Shown in pieces: positions 9,974 through 19,197 of a stretch of 64,000 nucleotides of DNA. A program made the translations under genes and the position numbers. The notes under the pieces were generated by a model. It saw only the letters and a program-made list of their open reading frames with translations. It was not told the origin of the DNA and did no database searches. The DNA comes from Syntrophales bacterium (lineage in GTDB: Bacteria > Desulfobacterota > Syntrophia > Syntrophales > UBA2210), in assembly GCA_963666365.2 (NCBI GenBank), contig CAXXNF010000002.1:1184001-1248000 (forward strand), given 5' to 3'. Each line of letters starts with the position of its first letter. Position 1 is the stretch's first letter.

Positions 9974-12025
9974 ATGATACACATGCTAAAACATTTATTC
10001 ATGACCGGGAAGGATGCATTGAAACACCCGCGCCGCTTCAAAAAGCAGCGCGGGGCGGTTCTCGTGGTCGTTATCGTTACCATGACGATCGCCGCCGGTC
10101 TCGGCGCCGCCATGCTTTCAATGACCTCGACAACCACCACCGAAGATACGACGGCCAACCAGGGACAAAAGGGCATGTATCTGGCCGAATCGGGCCTGCG
10201 ATATGCCGCGGGCGAGTACCGGCGGGCAGGCACGGTGGAACAGCAGGATGCCATGCTGCGAGTGCTTCATGACAACACCTACCAGCTCGGCGGCGGCAAT
10301 GAATTCAACCTGGATATCAGACCCTATTATTTTGAGGCTGTGGAAGTAACCGGCGGCGCTCTCAAGATGCGCCCTTTCGGAGGCATCCCCCACTGCTTTG
10401 ACGGCGGCGCCGCCGACGGCGTGGCCGGCTACCTCAAGTCGGGAACCACAAAATACGACTACACCTATTCAGGCACGACCGTTGCCGCCGAAGGTGACGA
10501 AACCTTCCTCTATTTCAATTCGATCAGTGATTCGGGTTCTATTGTGGCGGGAGATATCGTCTTCCCGGTCTGTCGCGTCAATGGGGATGCCACTGTTTCA
10601 AAAAACGGAGATATATCTATCCAATCGGGTACCGGCATCGAGATTTTCCCTCCCGAAAACTGCCGGTTCAGGATCAACAATGTAGGAACGGTCTATCGCT
10701 ACAAGAAGCTCAATCTTGCAGACAACCTTTTAGAAACTATCACACAGGTCGATAATCCCGGAGCCGCGTTTACGCTCACGCTGACAGATGGAAATTATAT
10801 AGTCCCCGAACGGTTCATTAAACTTACCTCTTCCGGCAGCGTCGGCACCGCGGGCGCCGAGACAACCCGTGACGTGGCCTTCGACCTTGCCGTGGAACAG
10901 GTAACAGGGACACTTGCATTGTACGGCATATTCGGCAATGAAAAAGTTCTAGTAAAAAACAGCGGACAAATCACGAGCTATGATTCGACGAATTTCTCTG
11001 GATATCCGCCGGCATCGACCGCACAGGCATCGGTATGTTCAAATGAAAAAGTGCAGCTTGAAAACAGCGCCTACATTGACGGGAACGTCTATCTTGGAGA
11101 CGACGGCAACGACCCGCCTGCTGAGGCCGCGTTAACTTTAAAAAATTCAGCCTCTATCTCCGGTGAGAGCATCGATGTCGACCGAGTTACTTCCGATCCT
11201 TTTGCTATCGGCGCATGCAGCGGTGCGTTTGCGGGTTACTTTGACGCAGCGGAAAGCATCAACGACAATCTGAATGCCGATTTGGCGAAGCCGATCATTG
11301 CTGACAATAAAATAAGCCTCTCTTGCAGTGGTGGCAGCGGAAGCGGCGGAAGCGGCAGCGGTGGCAGCGGTCACTCATCCATATGGGATTGGTTGGTAGG
11401 AACGGCGTGGGCAAAGAAAAGCGGTGGTAGCGGCGGTAGTGGAAGTGGCGGTAGCGGCGGTAGTGGAAGTGGCGGTAGCGGTAGCGGCGGTAGCGGCAGC
11501 GGAAGCGGAGGCTGTGGGCATAGCGGAAGCGGAGGCTGCGATTGCAATATGACCTTATACGGCAAGACCGGTGGTTCTTCCTTCTATGTGACTGAAATTA
11601 CACTCAGTAATGAAGCAACACTTACCATTGATACGACAGGCGGACCGGTGAATATCTACCTGGAAGGCAATCTGGAAACTGCGAATGACACAAAAATTAA
11701 AGTATTGGGAAATTCGAAGGCAACCATCTACCTTTCAGGCAAATTAACGGCAAAAAACGACAGTGAAATCAACAAGACCGAAAGGAATCCTCCCAACCTC
11801 ACCATTTATTCTTGCTCTACCGAAAATATGGTATTCGAGAATGACACCGTGTTTGCCGGCGCTGTTTTTGCGCCGAATGCGACTATCACGGTTAAGAACG
11901 ATGCCAAAATCTACGGTGCGCTGTGGGGCAATAAAATACAAATCGAGAACGACGGCAAGGTATACTTCGATACATCTCTGACAAACGCGTTTTCGGCAGG
12001 AAGCGGGTATACGCTCAAGCCGTAA
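9974..12025 (+). CDS. PilX-like minor pilin with Gly/Ser-rich insert and C-terminal beta-solenoid-like domain, cassette B
   Basis: RGAVLVVVIVTM without Glu5, GMYLAESGLRYA, C-terminal GAVFAPNATI..IYGALWG repeats. Confidence 0.8.
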   Translation: MIHMLKHLFMTGKDALKHPRRFKKQRGAVLVVVIVTMTIAAGLGAAMLSMTSTTTTEDTTANQGQKGMYLAESGLRYAAGEYRRAGTVEQQDAMLRVLHDNTYQLGGGNEFNLDIRPYYFEAVEVTGGALKMRPFGGIPHCFDGGAADGVAGYLKSGTTKYDYTYSGTTVAAEGDETFLYFNSISDSGSIVAGDIVFPVCRVNGDATVSKNGDISIQSGTGIEIFPPENCRFRINNVGTVYRYKKLNLADNLLETITQVDNPGAAFTLTLTDGNYIVPERFIKLTSSGSVGTAGAETTRDVAFDLAVEQVTGTLALYGIFGNEKVLVKNSGQITSYDSTNFSGYPPASTAQASVCSNEKVQLENSAYIDGNVYLGDDGNDPPAEAALTLKNSASISGESIDVDRVTSDPFAIGACSGAFAGYFDAAESINDNLNADLAKPIIADNKISLSCSGGSGSGGSGSGGSGHSSIWDWLVGTAWAKKSGGSGGSGSGGSGGSGSGGSGSGGSGSGSGGCGHSGSGGCDCNMTLYGKTGGSSFYVTEITLSNEATLTIDTTGGPVNIYLEGNLETANDTKIKVLGNSKATIYLSGKLTAKNDSEINKTERNPPNLTIYSCSTENMVFENDTVFAGAVFAPNATITVKNDAKIYGALWGNKIQIENDGKVYFDTSLTNAFSAGSGYTLKP

Positions 12026-12033
12026 TTTTGAAA

Positions 12034-12078
12034 AGGGGACATCATGATGGTTAATTTTCTGTGGTGTCCCCTCTTTTT
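12034..12078 (+). terminator. Probable intrinsic terminator after cassette B
   Basis: AGGGGACATCA / TGGTGTCCCCT stem followed by a T tract. Confidence 0.55.
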
Positions 12079-12127
12079 GTGTGTTACAAACATCATGGTT
12101 CCGTAACGAGCGCCTTTAGGCCGGCTT

Positions 12128-12260
12128 GAGAAGCTTTGCAGAACCTCATACAATAATTAATTTCGTCTATATCATTAGATTCCGGATCAAGTTCGGCGGG
12201 GTATCCGGTTTTTTTTAATGCTTTCTGGATTCCGTTTCAAGCCCGGACAGAAGGCAAATT
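12128..12260 (+). mobile_element. Degenerate copy of the IS5-end MITE family
   Basis: CTTTGCAGAACCTCAT...CTTTCTGGATTCCG..TCAAGCCCGGACAGAA matches 43781-43924. Confidence 0.65.
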
Positions 12261-12270
12261 AAGAACAAAT

Positions 12271-13071
12271 ATGACACCACCAAAATCCAATATCTACGCA
12301 AGTGATTCGCAACCCACCACCATGGCACTCATTTCTATGGATCGTTTTGGTTTAAAAATCTTTATCTTTTGTGTACTTACCGAGGTCACACTAGTTCTTG
12401 CGGACTTATTTCTGTACTTTGGCGATCTGCCTTTTAAGCAAATCCGTAATTATTTCGACATGACACGCGAGATGAATCTCCCGACATGGTTTTCCAGCGT
12501 TCAATTGCTTACGACAGGCGTATTCGCAGGGTTGATCGCTCTAAGAATTAAAGTGAGTAAAGCACCAAAATGGAAAATAATCGGTTGGGCGGTGCTTTCA
12601 TTATTTTTCACGTACATGGCTGTCGACGACGCCACCTATTTTCATGAGCGCATTGGCGATGTCTTTGATTCGATTTGTGATGGACAGGTACCGGCAGGCT
12701 CATCTTTGCTGGGTTGCATGTGCGATTATCCGAACTACTATTGGCAAATTCTCTTTGGTCCTTTCTTTTTAGGTATGGCCCTTTTTATTCTCATTTTTCT
12801 CTGGAAAGAGCTTACATCACCGGAATTAAAGTTCTATCTGATCCTTGGCATCACCTGCTATACAATCGCGGTGGGACTTGATTTCATAGATGGAAACAAA
12901 TCGTGGTATCCCTGGATTATCAAAAACACTTCGTTCAATTTTAAAGAGGCGCAGCATTGCACCAGGGTTCTGGAGGAGTTTATTGAATTATACGGTACAA
13001 CGCTGTTCCTTCTGGCATTTATCAGTAAATTGACACATTCCCTAAGAAATTTTGAAGTGAGGTTCATCTAA
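12271..13071 (+). CDS. Multi-pass membrane protein, unknown function
   Basis: 266 aa with several hydrophobic segments; NLPTWFSS, DD..FHE and EE..E motifs. Confidence 0.75.
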   Translation: MTPPKSNIYASDSQPTTMALISMDRFGLKIFIFCVLTEVTLVLADLFLYFGDLPFKQIRNYFDMTREMNLPTWFSSVQLLTTGVFAGLIALRIKVSKAPKWKIIGWAVLSLFFTYMAVDDATYFHERIGDVFDSICDGQVPAGSSLLGCMCDYPNYYWQILFGPFFLGMALFILIFLWKELTSPELKFYLILGITCYTIAVGLDFIDGNKSWYPWIIKNTSFNFKEAQHCTRVLEEFIELYGTTLFLLAFISKLTHSLRNFEVRFI

Positions 13072-14374
13072 CCATAGACCGCCGACTTCTTTCCCCCTCC
13101 TCTTCCATCAACTCGCCAGTCGTTCCAGACCGCGATACACACGCCAACTAAGTACATTAATTCATAAATAGGGTTACGTATAATGGGCTTGCTTTCGGAA
13201 CATATTTGTGGCAACATTGCAACCAAGGAGGTTGCATATGCCAAGAAAAAGCCCATATTCCATAGTTCTGACAACGGCGGAGGAAAAAGAGTTAACCGCG
13301 CGCGCAAACAAATATACGCTACCATATTTTGCAGTTTTGCGCGCAAAGATGGTTCTCCTTGCCGCCCAAGGGTTCAGCAATGACGAAATCGCAAAACGCC
13401 TTGATACACCACGTAAAGTTGTCAGCATGTGGCGAAAACGTTTCTTTGAAGAACGCCTCCTGGGACTGGAGGAACGCCCCCGTCCCGGACGCCCCCGGAT
13501 TTTTTCCCCCGGAGATCGTCATGCAAGTTAAGGCGCTTGCCTGTGAGCTGCCCTCGATCCATCAAGTGCCGATTTCTCGATGGAGTGTTGCCGATCTGGG
13601 AAGGGAAGTTCGAAGATCGGGATTTGCAGCCACAATAAGTAACAGCACCATATGGCGATGGCTTCACGACGACGCCATCCGTCCTTGGCGTTATCGTTCC
13701 TGGATATTTCCTCGTGATCCGCAATTTGCCGAGAAAGCCGGGAGAGTCCTGGATCTCTATGAAAGAGTATGGAACGGGCAACCTCTTCAGGATGATGAGT
13801 ACGTCCTGTCTGCCGATGAAAAAACAAGCATCCAGGCGCGCCGCCGCCGTCATGCCACCTATCCGGCGCAGCCGAATGAAGTGATGAAAGTGGAGCATGA
13901 GTACGTCAGGTGTGGCGCTTGGGCGTATATTGCCGCTCTCGATGTTCATCGCGCGAAATTGTTTGGTCGATGCGAACGCAGAAGCGGTATCGTTTCTTTC
14001 GATCGACTCGTTGACGATGTAATGCGCCAACCGCCCTATGCCACAGCGAGGCGCGTTTTTTGGATTGTTGACAATGGATCTTCTCATCGAGGACTTCGTT
14101 CCGTGGAGAGATTGCAATCTCGCTATCCCAATCTCGTACTTGTTCATGCTCCCGTCCATGCAAGTTGGTTGAATCAGATCGAAATTTATTTCTCGATACT
14201 CCAACGCAAAGCCCTTGTGCCCAATGACTTCAAATCTCTTGAATCGCGTAAGCGTACGACCAACTCATATAGCAAAAGAATTTTACATGAAGTACGCTGT
14301 ACCTAAAACCGGTACAGCCGGTGCTCTTTGATAATATGATTACGGGATTCAACCGCCGGAATACGGTGCACTGA

Positions 14375-15985
14375 TTATTGTTTTCCCTGGATGATCAGGC
14401 CCCGTTCATCCCTGGGCACAGGCTTCCACTGATCGGGAAGCAGTTCCCGCAGGCGGTTTACGGGATGGCTCATGATCCGCCGAAGCATGTCGTCAAAGTA
14501 CTCCCAGGGGTTGACGTCGCAGTTTTTGCAAGATTGAACGAGACCCATATAAAGGGCCGCCGCCCGGCCGCCCCGTTCGCTGCCCACGAAGAGCCAGTTT
14601 TTTCGACCTACCGCTATGGGCCGAATGGCGTTTTCCGCCAGGTTGTTGTCGGGTCTTAACCGTCCGTCTTTCAGATAGCGGCAGAGCGCCTCCCGCTGAT
14701 TCAGGGCGTAGTTGATGGCCGTCCGCAACGGCTCCGAGGGCGTCGTCCGGGGCCTCAGTTCCTCAATCTTTGCAAAGATTCCCTCAAGCAGCGGCGTTGC
14801 ATGCGCCTGCCGGAAACGGCGCCGCTCCTCGGGCGTCATCTCGGCACAGGGGGTCTCCACCTCGTGATAGAGCCGGGCGATGCGGGCAAGGATGTCCGTG
14901 GCCTCTTGAGGACGCGATGAAACCGCCTCGTCGAACTTCCGTCTGGTATGGGCCCAGCAACCCACTTCGATAATCTCTTCTTTTTTGAAAAGTTCGTCGT
15001 AGCCGCCGTAGGCGTCGGCATGGACGTACCCCTGGTAATCATTGAGATACTCCAGTGGGCGCGTCTTGCTCCGATCAATGGAGAAGTCATAGGCCGTCAG
15101 CGGCGGTCCCGGACCGCCCCGCAGATAGACCCAGAGACGGGCCTTCTTTACCTTGCCGTTTCCCTTGACCTGCAGAGGAACGGGCGTATCGTCGGTAAAG
15201 AGCACGTCCCTCTCAAGGACGGCCTTTTGAAGCACTGTTTCCAAGGGACGAATGCTCTCATAGACCTGCATGAGCCAGCTGGTTTGGGTGGCCCGGGGAA
15301 TGTCCACTCCTTCCCGCTCCAGAATGCTGTTCTGTCGGTAGAGAGGCAGATGATCGGCGTACTTGCTGACGATCAGATGAGAAAGCAGCCCCACGTCGGC
15401 TTTGCACTTGGCGATGGGGTGATCGGGCAGCGAGGCGGCGATGACGCCGGCGGTAGATTCCGATGCCTCCGGCAGCGCATACTGGGGCCGCTTGTAGACG
15501 TTGACGATCAGTCTCCCCGGCCGGTATTCCAGCTTCTCCGAGACTTCCACGGAAATGACCTTCAGGGGTGCGCCCGTGTCCGCATCGATCTTTTCATCCT
15601 CGGGCACGTCCAGCAGAATCTCCACCCGTTCGAGATGCTCCGGAATGGGAACCCGGCCGTGATGCCGGGAGGCCTTGCGGGGCTTCTTGACAGTCTCTGT
15701 GGCAGAAGCGTCTTCGAACTGTGCTTTCACCGCCGCATTCTGCTCTAATGATTGAAGCACCATGTCGTCGAACATCAGCTGACCGGGGTTGATCTTTTCG
15801 GACTTGCGGCCGTAGAGCCGTTTCAGCAGCTGTTCCATCTGATGCTGCAGGGTGGTCAACTGGCGCTGGGCGGATTCGAGCTTCTGGGTAAGCGCTTCGA
15901 TCTGGGCATCCTTTTGGGCGGCAAATTCCAGAATCCAGGCAGCATCTTTTCGGTCGATAATCTCTTGTGCTTCCGTCAATATCAT
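14375..15985 (-). CDS. tnpC: IS66 transposase TnpC
   Basis: KYADHLPLYRQ, CWAHTRRKF and NNLAENAIRP..GRKNWLF motifs. Confidence 0.95.
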   Translation of the reverse strand: MILTEAQEIIDRKDAAWILEFAAQKDAQIEALTQKLESAQRQLTTLQHQMEQLLKRLYGRKSEKINPGQLMFDDMVLQSLEQNAAVKAQFEDASATETVKKPRKASRHHGRVPIPEHLERVEILLDVPEDEKIDADTGAPLKVISVEVSEKLEYRPGRLIVNVYKRPQYALPEASESTAGVIAASLPDHPIAKCKADVGLLSHLIVSKYADHLPLYRQNSILEREGVDIPRATQTSWLMQVYESIRPLETVLQKAVLERDVLFTDDTPVPLQVKGNGKVKKARLWVYLRGGPGPPLTAYDFSIDRSKTRPLEYLNDYQGYVHADAYGGYDELFKKEEIIEVGCWAHTRRKFDEAVSSRPQEATDILARIARLYHEVETPCAEMTPEERRRFRQAHATPLLEGIFAKIEELRPRTTPSEPLRTAINYALNQREALCRYLKDGRLRPDNNLAENAIRPIAVGRKNWLFVGSERGGRAAALYMGLVQSCKNCDVNPWEYFDDMLRRIMSHPVNRLRELLPDQWKPVPRDERGLIIQGKQ

Positions 15986-16037
15986 GAGCGGGCGTATAGC
16001 ACATAACTATAATAATGTCAAGTGTTTATATTATTTT

Positions 16038-16379
16038 TTATGCACATATTTTGTACCGTTTTCCCACTTTTTTCGGCACGATTCCCTCAAGGAGCATGGC
16101 CAGATCCCGGCGCTCGATATGACCGTCGCGGGACTGCCGGGAAGGCAGCACGAAGGACCCCTGCTCCAGACGTTTCAGCCAGATGGCCATGCCGTCGCTG
16201 TCCCAGTACAGGAGCTTCACCATGTTCCGCCGCCGGTTGACGAAGACGAAGAGTGATCCCGAAAGGGGATCGGCGCTAAGTTCGGCGCGGACAATGCCGC
16301 ACAGGCCGTCGAAGGACTTGCGCATGTCGCAGGGGCTGCGATAAAGATAGATGCGTGCCGATGCTGTCAGGCCGAACAT
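16038..16379 (-). CDS. tnpB: IS66 accessory protein TnpB
   Basis: DMRKSFDGL, KLLYWD and KRLEQG motifs. Confidence 0.95.
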   Translation of the reverse strand: MFGLTASARIYLYRSPCDMRKSFDGLCGIVRAELSADPLSGSLFVFVNRRRNMVKLLYWDSDGMAIWLKRLEQGSFVLPSRQSRDGHIERRDLAMLLEGIVPKKVGKRYKICA

Positions 16380-16678
16380 GGGGAACCATTATGAAGCGTT
16401 TCAATAACGGTGCGCAGGGTAACGGGATCGAAGCCGCGTTCCACTTCGATGGAAAGAAGCGGCCCCATGCAAATGCGAATGCCGGCATAGTCGGCCGTCG
16501 AGGATGCAAGTTCGATAAATCCCTGTTGTCCTTGCGGTTCAGTGAGTTTCCGGCGCCAGGAGTAGAAACTTGCCGTATTGATCTGATGCATCTGGCACCA
16601 GGCCAGACCGCTCATCCCGCTTGCGATCTGCCGCTCTACGATGGCCGACCAGTGGGCGGTGCGTTCTTGTTGTGTCAT
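16367..16678 (-). CDS. tnpA: IS66 accessory protein TnpA
   Basis: SGMSGLAWC...FYSWRRKL HTH; first gene of the element. Confidence 0.85.
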   Translation of the reverse strand: MTQQERTAHWSAIVERQIASGMSGLAWCQMHQINTASFYSWRRKLTEPQGQQGFIELASSTADYAGIRICMGPLLSIEVERGFDPVTLRTVIETLHNGSPCSA

Positions 16679-17055
16679 AGGGCATCCTCCAATCATGAAA
16701 TGTGTTCATGACGGGAAGCTATAATCCAATGTGCGTTCAAGCGAAAGATGAGTTGGTCGTACGGTTACTGAATCGCTCAAAGCACGAATCCTTGGCTTTC
16801 AAAGTTATTACGAACAAATTGCTGAACCATTCAAGTGGAAATTTACTCGAAACGATCTCAATATTTTGCTCAACAAGCTCAAACTGACGCAGTCGTCTTC
16901 AGAATGTATCGCTGCGTAAATACGTAACCGAATTTATGAACCGCTGTACTAAGCATAATTGCGTAACCGGGGAACGACAAAAAGGGGTCTTGTTACAAAA
17001 TCGTCAATTATTCTACATTGACAAACGGTTCGTAGGGTGTGTATAAATACACATT

Positions 17056-17244
17056 ATGGATAGCCGACAGATTATAAAAATACTCATACAACATGGCTGG
17101 TGTGAGGTCGCTCGGGTCGGTTCCCATGTTCAATTTCGGCATCCGGATCGAAAGGGCCGTGTAACAGTGCCGCATCCTAAGAAGGACATACCAATCGGCA
17201 CGTTAAAAAGCATAGAACGCCAATCGGGCATCAAATTTGATTGA
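17056..17244 (+). CDS. hicA: HicA toxin
   Basis: GSHVQFRHP...VTVPHPKKDIPIGTLKSI. Confidence 0.92.
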   Translation: MDSRQIIKILIQHGWCEVARVGSHVQFRHPDRKGRVTVPHPKKDIPIGTLKSIERQSGIKFD

Positions 17245-17254
17245 GGTGACTATC

Positions 17255-17650
17255 GTGGCAAATTACATAGCTATTGTCCATAAAGATACAAATACTGACT
17301 TCGGCGTGTCGTTTCCCGATTTCCCCGGATGCATTACAGCGGGAAAAAGCATCGATGAAGCCAAAGACCTTGCACAGGAAGCATTGATCCTTCATATTCA
17401 AGGACTGTTTGAAGACGGACAGCAGCTTCCCCTGCCTTCAAAGCTGGAAGATATAATGGCCAATACCGATTATTCTGATGCGGCCGCCTATCTTGTAGTA
17501 GCTGTTCCCGACGCAAAGCTTAGAACGGTAAGAGTTAACATTACTGTTCCCGAAATAACACTGAAGCAAATTGATGCAGCGGCTAAAAAGCGCGGAATGT
17601 CTCGATCATCGTTCCTTGTACATGTAGCGCAACAGGCAATGCATTCGTAA
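17255..17650 (+). CDS. hicB: HicB antitoxin with C-terminal RHH domain
   Basis: FGVSFPDFPGCITAG...RVNITV..SRSSFL. Confidence 0.92.
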   Translation: MANYIAIVHKDTNTDFGVSFPDFPGCITAGKSIDEAKDLAQEALILHIQGLFEDGQQLPLPSKLEDIMANTDYSDAAAYLVVAVPDAKLRTVRVNITVPEITLKQIDAAAKKRGMSRSSFLVHVAQQAMHS

Positions 17651-17657
17651 AAAGGTG

Positions 17658-18215
17658 TTACCCCTTGTCTTCCATCAACTCTCGCAGTCTCTCCAGACCA
17701 CGATACACCCGCATCTTGGCGGCGCTTTGCGAAATACCTGCAACCTCGGCAATATCGCTGAAAGAGAGCCCCTGCTGAAATCTCAATATGAGTACCTCCC
17801 TGAGGTCTTCCGAAAGCTGCAGAAGCGCCATGTGCAGCCTGTCCATATCCTGCCCGTTCATCACAGAGCGTTCCGGGTCCTTGAATTCGGCATCCCCCTG
17901 CTGTTCTCCATGAGCAGGAATCAGTGGGTCAGCGGCAACGGTTCTCCCCGCCTTCTTCAGGTGATTTCGAATCAGATTGAGGCCGATCGTATAGAGCCAG
18001 GTAAAGAAGCTGCGGTTGCGGTCGAAGTGGGAAAGCTTCTCATAGGCCCTTACAAAGGTCTCCTGGGCAAGATCTTCGGCATCGTCGTAATTGCCGGTCA
18101 TACGGTAGGCGAGATTAAGCAGAGGGGTTTTGTAACGATCGACAAGCAGCGCATACTCATGGCGATGTCCCTGGCAGATGCGCTTGATGATCTGATTTTC
18201 TTCCCGATCGTTCAT
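17658..18215 (-). CDS. ECF-subfamily RNA polymerase sigma factor
   Basis: DAEDLAQETFVRAY, FFTWLYTI, region 4 LSFSDIAE..AAKMRVYRGL. Confidence 0.95.
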   Translation of the reverse strand: MNDREENQIIKRICQGHRHEYALLVDRYKTPLLNLAYRMTGNYDDAEDLAQETFVRAYEKLSHFDRNRSFFTWLYTIGLNLIRNHLKKAGRTVAADPLIPAHGEQQGDAEFKDPERSVMNGQDMDRLHMALLQLSEDLREVLILRFQQGLSFSDIAEVAGISQSAAKMRVYRGLERLRELMEDKG

Positions 18216-18239
18216 ATCAGTGTTCGTCTGCCCTGTGTC

Positions 18240-18264
18240 TACAATGCTCGGGTTCCGTTGTCAC
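18240..18264 (-). promoter_or_regulatory. Putative autoregulatory ECF promoter GTGAC-N16-TGTA
   Basis: TGTGAC-N14-ATTGTA ending 25 bp before the sigma ATG. Confidence 0.5.
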
Positions 18265-18276
18265 ATTAATTGAAGG

Positions 18277-18414
18277 GTGGCAGTCCCATAAAAAGCCGCC
18301 GTTGATCTCTTACGTCATTCCGGGCTTGACCCGGAATCCAGTCCTGCCACTGACCCATGGATTCCTGCCTCCGCAGGAATGACGCTATTTTTTGACTTTT
18401 TGCGAGCCCATCAA
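18277..18414. mobile_element. MITE-like element carrying a REP-type palindrome pair
   Basis: Ends ..CCCATAAAAAG / GACTTTTTGCGAGCCCATCAA; internal GTCATTCCGGGCTTGACCCGGAATCCAG and TGGATTCCTGCCTCCGCAGGAATGAC. Confidence 0.6.
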
Positions 18415-18696
18415 AGATTGAGAATATCTATCATCATTTCAAAATGTCTGTCGAGAAATTTTATGCATATCACGTCAAGCGATCCATCATCTCCGTGTCT
18501 TTGCCTTTTCCGTCCAGTGTTGTGATACCATGAATTGCAACCTCGCATTTTCACCTGCGAAAAATGAAATCATGGCTTCGCGGCCATGATTCTATTTATC
18601 GCTTGCCTAGGCTGATATTTTTACGCTATACAAGAACTTACAAATACAAAAAGGAACGTGTGGAGTCGGATTTGTTTAAAAGGGTGAGTTGAAAAC

Positions 18697-18921
18697 ATGG
18701 AAAAATTAATTAAGATTCATCTGGAAAAGTTGCCCGAGGGGCTATATCTGACAACCTCTGAAGATATTCAAGGGTTGGTCGCGCAGGGAAGAACAATCAC
18801 TAAAACGATCGAAATCGCAAGAGACGTTGCAAGAAAGCTCTTAGAAGAGCAAGGAGAACCGGCAGTAAAACTGGAAACATTGAGCGATTCTTTTGAATAT
18901 CCTCTACTTGTAGGAATATAG
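18697..18921 (+). CDS. HicB-like antitoxin
   Basis: LPEGLYLTTSEDIQGLVAQGRT; followed by a hicA remnant. Confidence 0.8.
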   Translation: MEKLIKIHLEKLPEGLYLTTSEDIQGLVAQGRTITKTIEIARDVARKLLEEQGEPAVKLETLSDSFEYPLLVGI

Positions 18922-18924
18922 AAG

Positions 18925-19150
18925 ATGGGACAGTTGTCCGGATTCAAATATCGAGACATTGTACAACGTCTCAAATTATTTGGATTTTAGTTTATTCGAC
19001 ACGCTTCGGGAAGCCATGAAATTTGGCACAATAAATCGACGGGACGCTATACTACAATCCCCAATCACACAGGTGATATGCCCCAAGGAACACTCAAGGC
19101 AATATTGAAACAAGCAGGTATTTCAGCCGAAGATTTTTTAAATAAAAATA
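18925..19150 (+). pseudogene. hicA: hicA with in-frame TAG at codon 22 and no own stop (reads on into the GT2 gene)
   Basis: MGQLSGFKYRDIVQRLKLFGF*FIRHASGSHEIWHN...TIPNHTGDMPQGTLKAILKQAG. Confidence 0.85.
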
Positions 19151-19197
19151 CTCGTAAAGGGCGACAGCAGTACCAACTAAAAAACGACCACAAGCAT

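Larger units (their letters stand above)
14248..16768 (-). mobile_element. IS66-family element with 8-bp target duplication TGAATCGC
   Basis: IRs GTAAGCGTACGACCAACTC / GAGTTGGTCGTACGGTTAC; TGAATCGC on both flanks; tnpA-tnpB-tnpC. Confidence 0.95.
13238..16919 (+). pseudogene. IS630 transposase: HTH ORF and DDE ORF joined at a slippery T6C5 site; C-terminus split off by IS66
   Basis: DEKTSIQA, VDNGSSH and SWLNQIE motifs; tail LKARILGFQ..PFKWKFTR resumes after 16776. Confidence 0.85.
13151..16950 (+). mobile_element. IS630-family element interrupted by an IS66
   Basis: Imperfect terminal IRs AGTACATTAATTCATAAATAGGGTTACGTA / TACGTAACCGAATTTATGAACCGCTGTACT enclosing the transposase. Confidence 0.85.

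Noticed and set aside
7790..17655. Active invertible segment (shufflon) switching between the pilin cassettes; inverting it would place the sigma gene next to the anti-sigma-like gene
   Set aside because: No inverted repeats seen at the expected junctions and no site-specific recombinase in the window; at most a historical inversion
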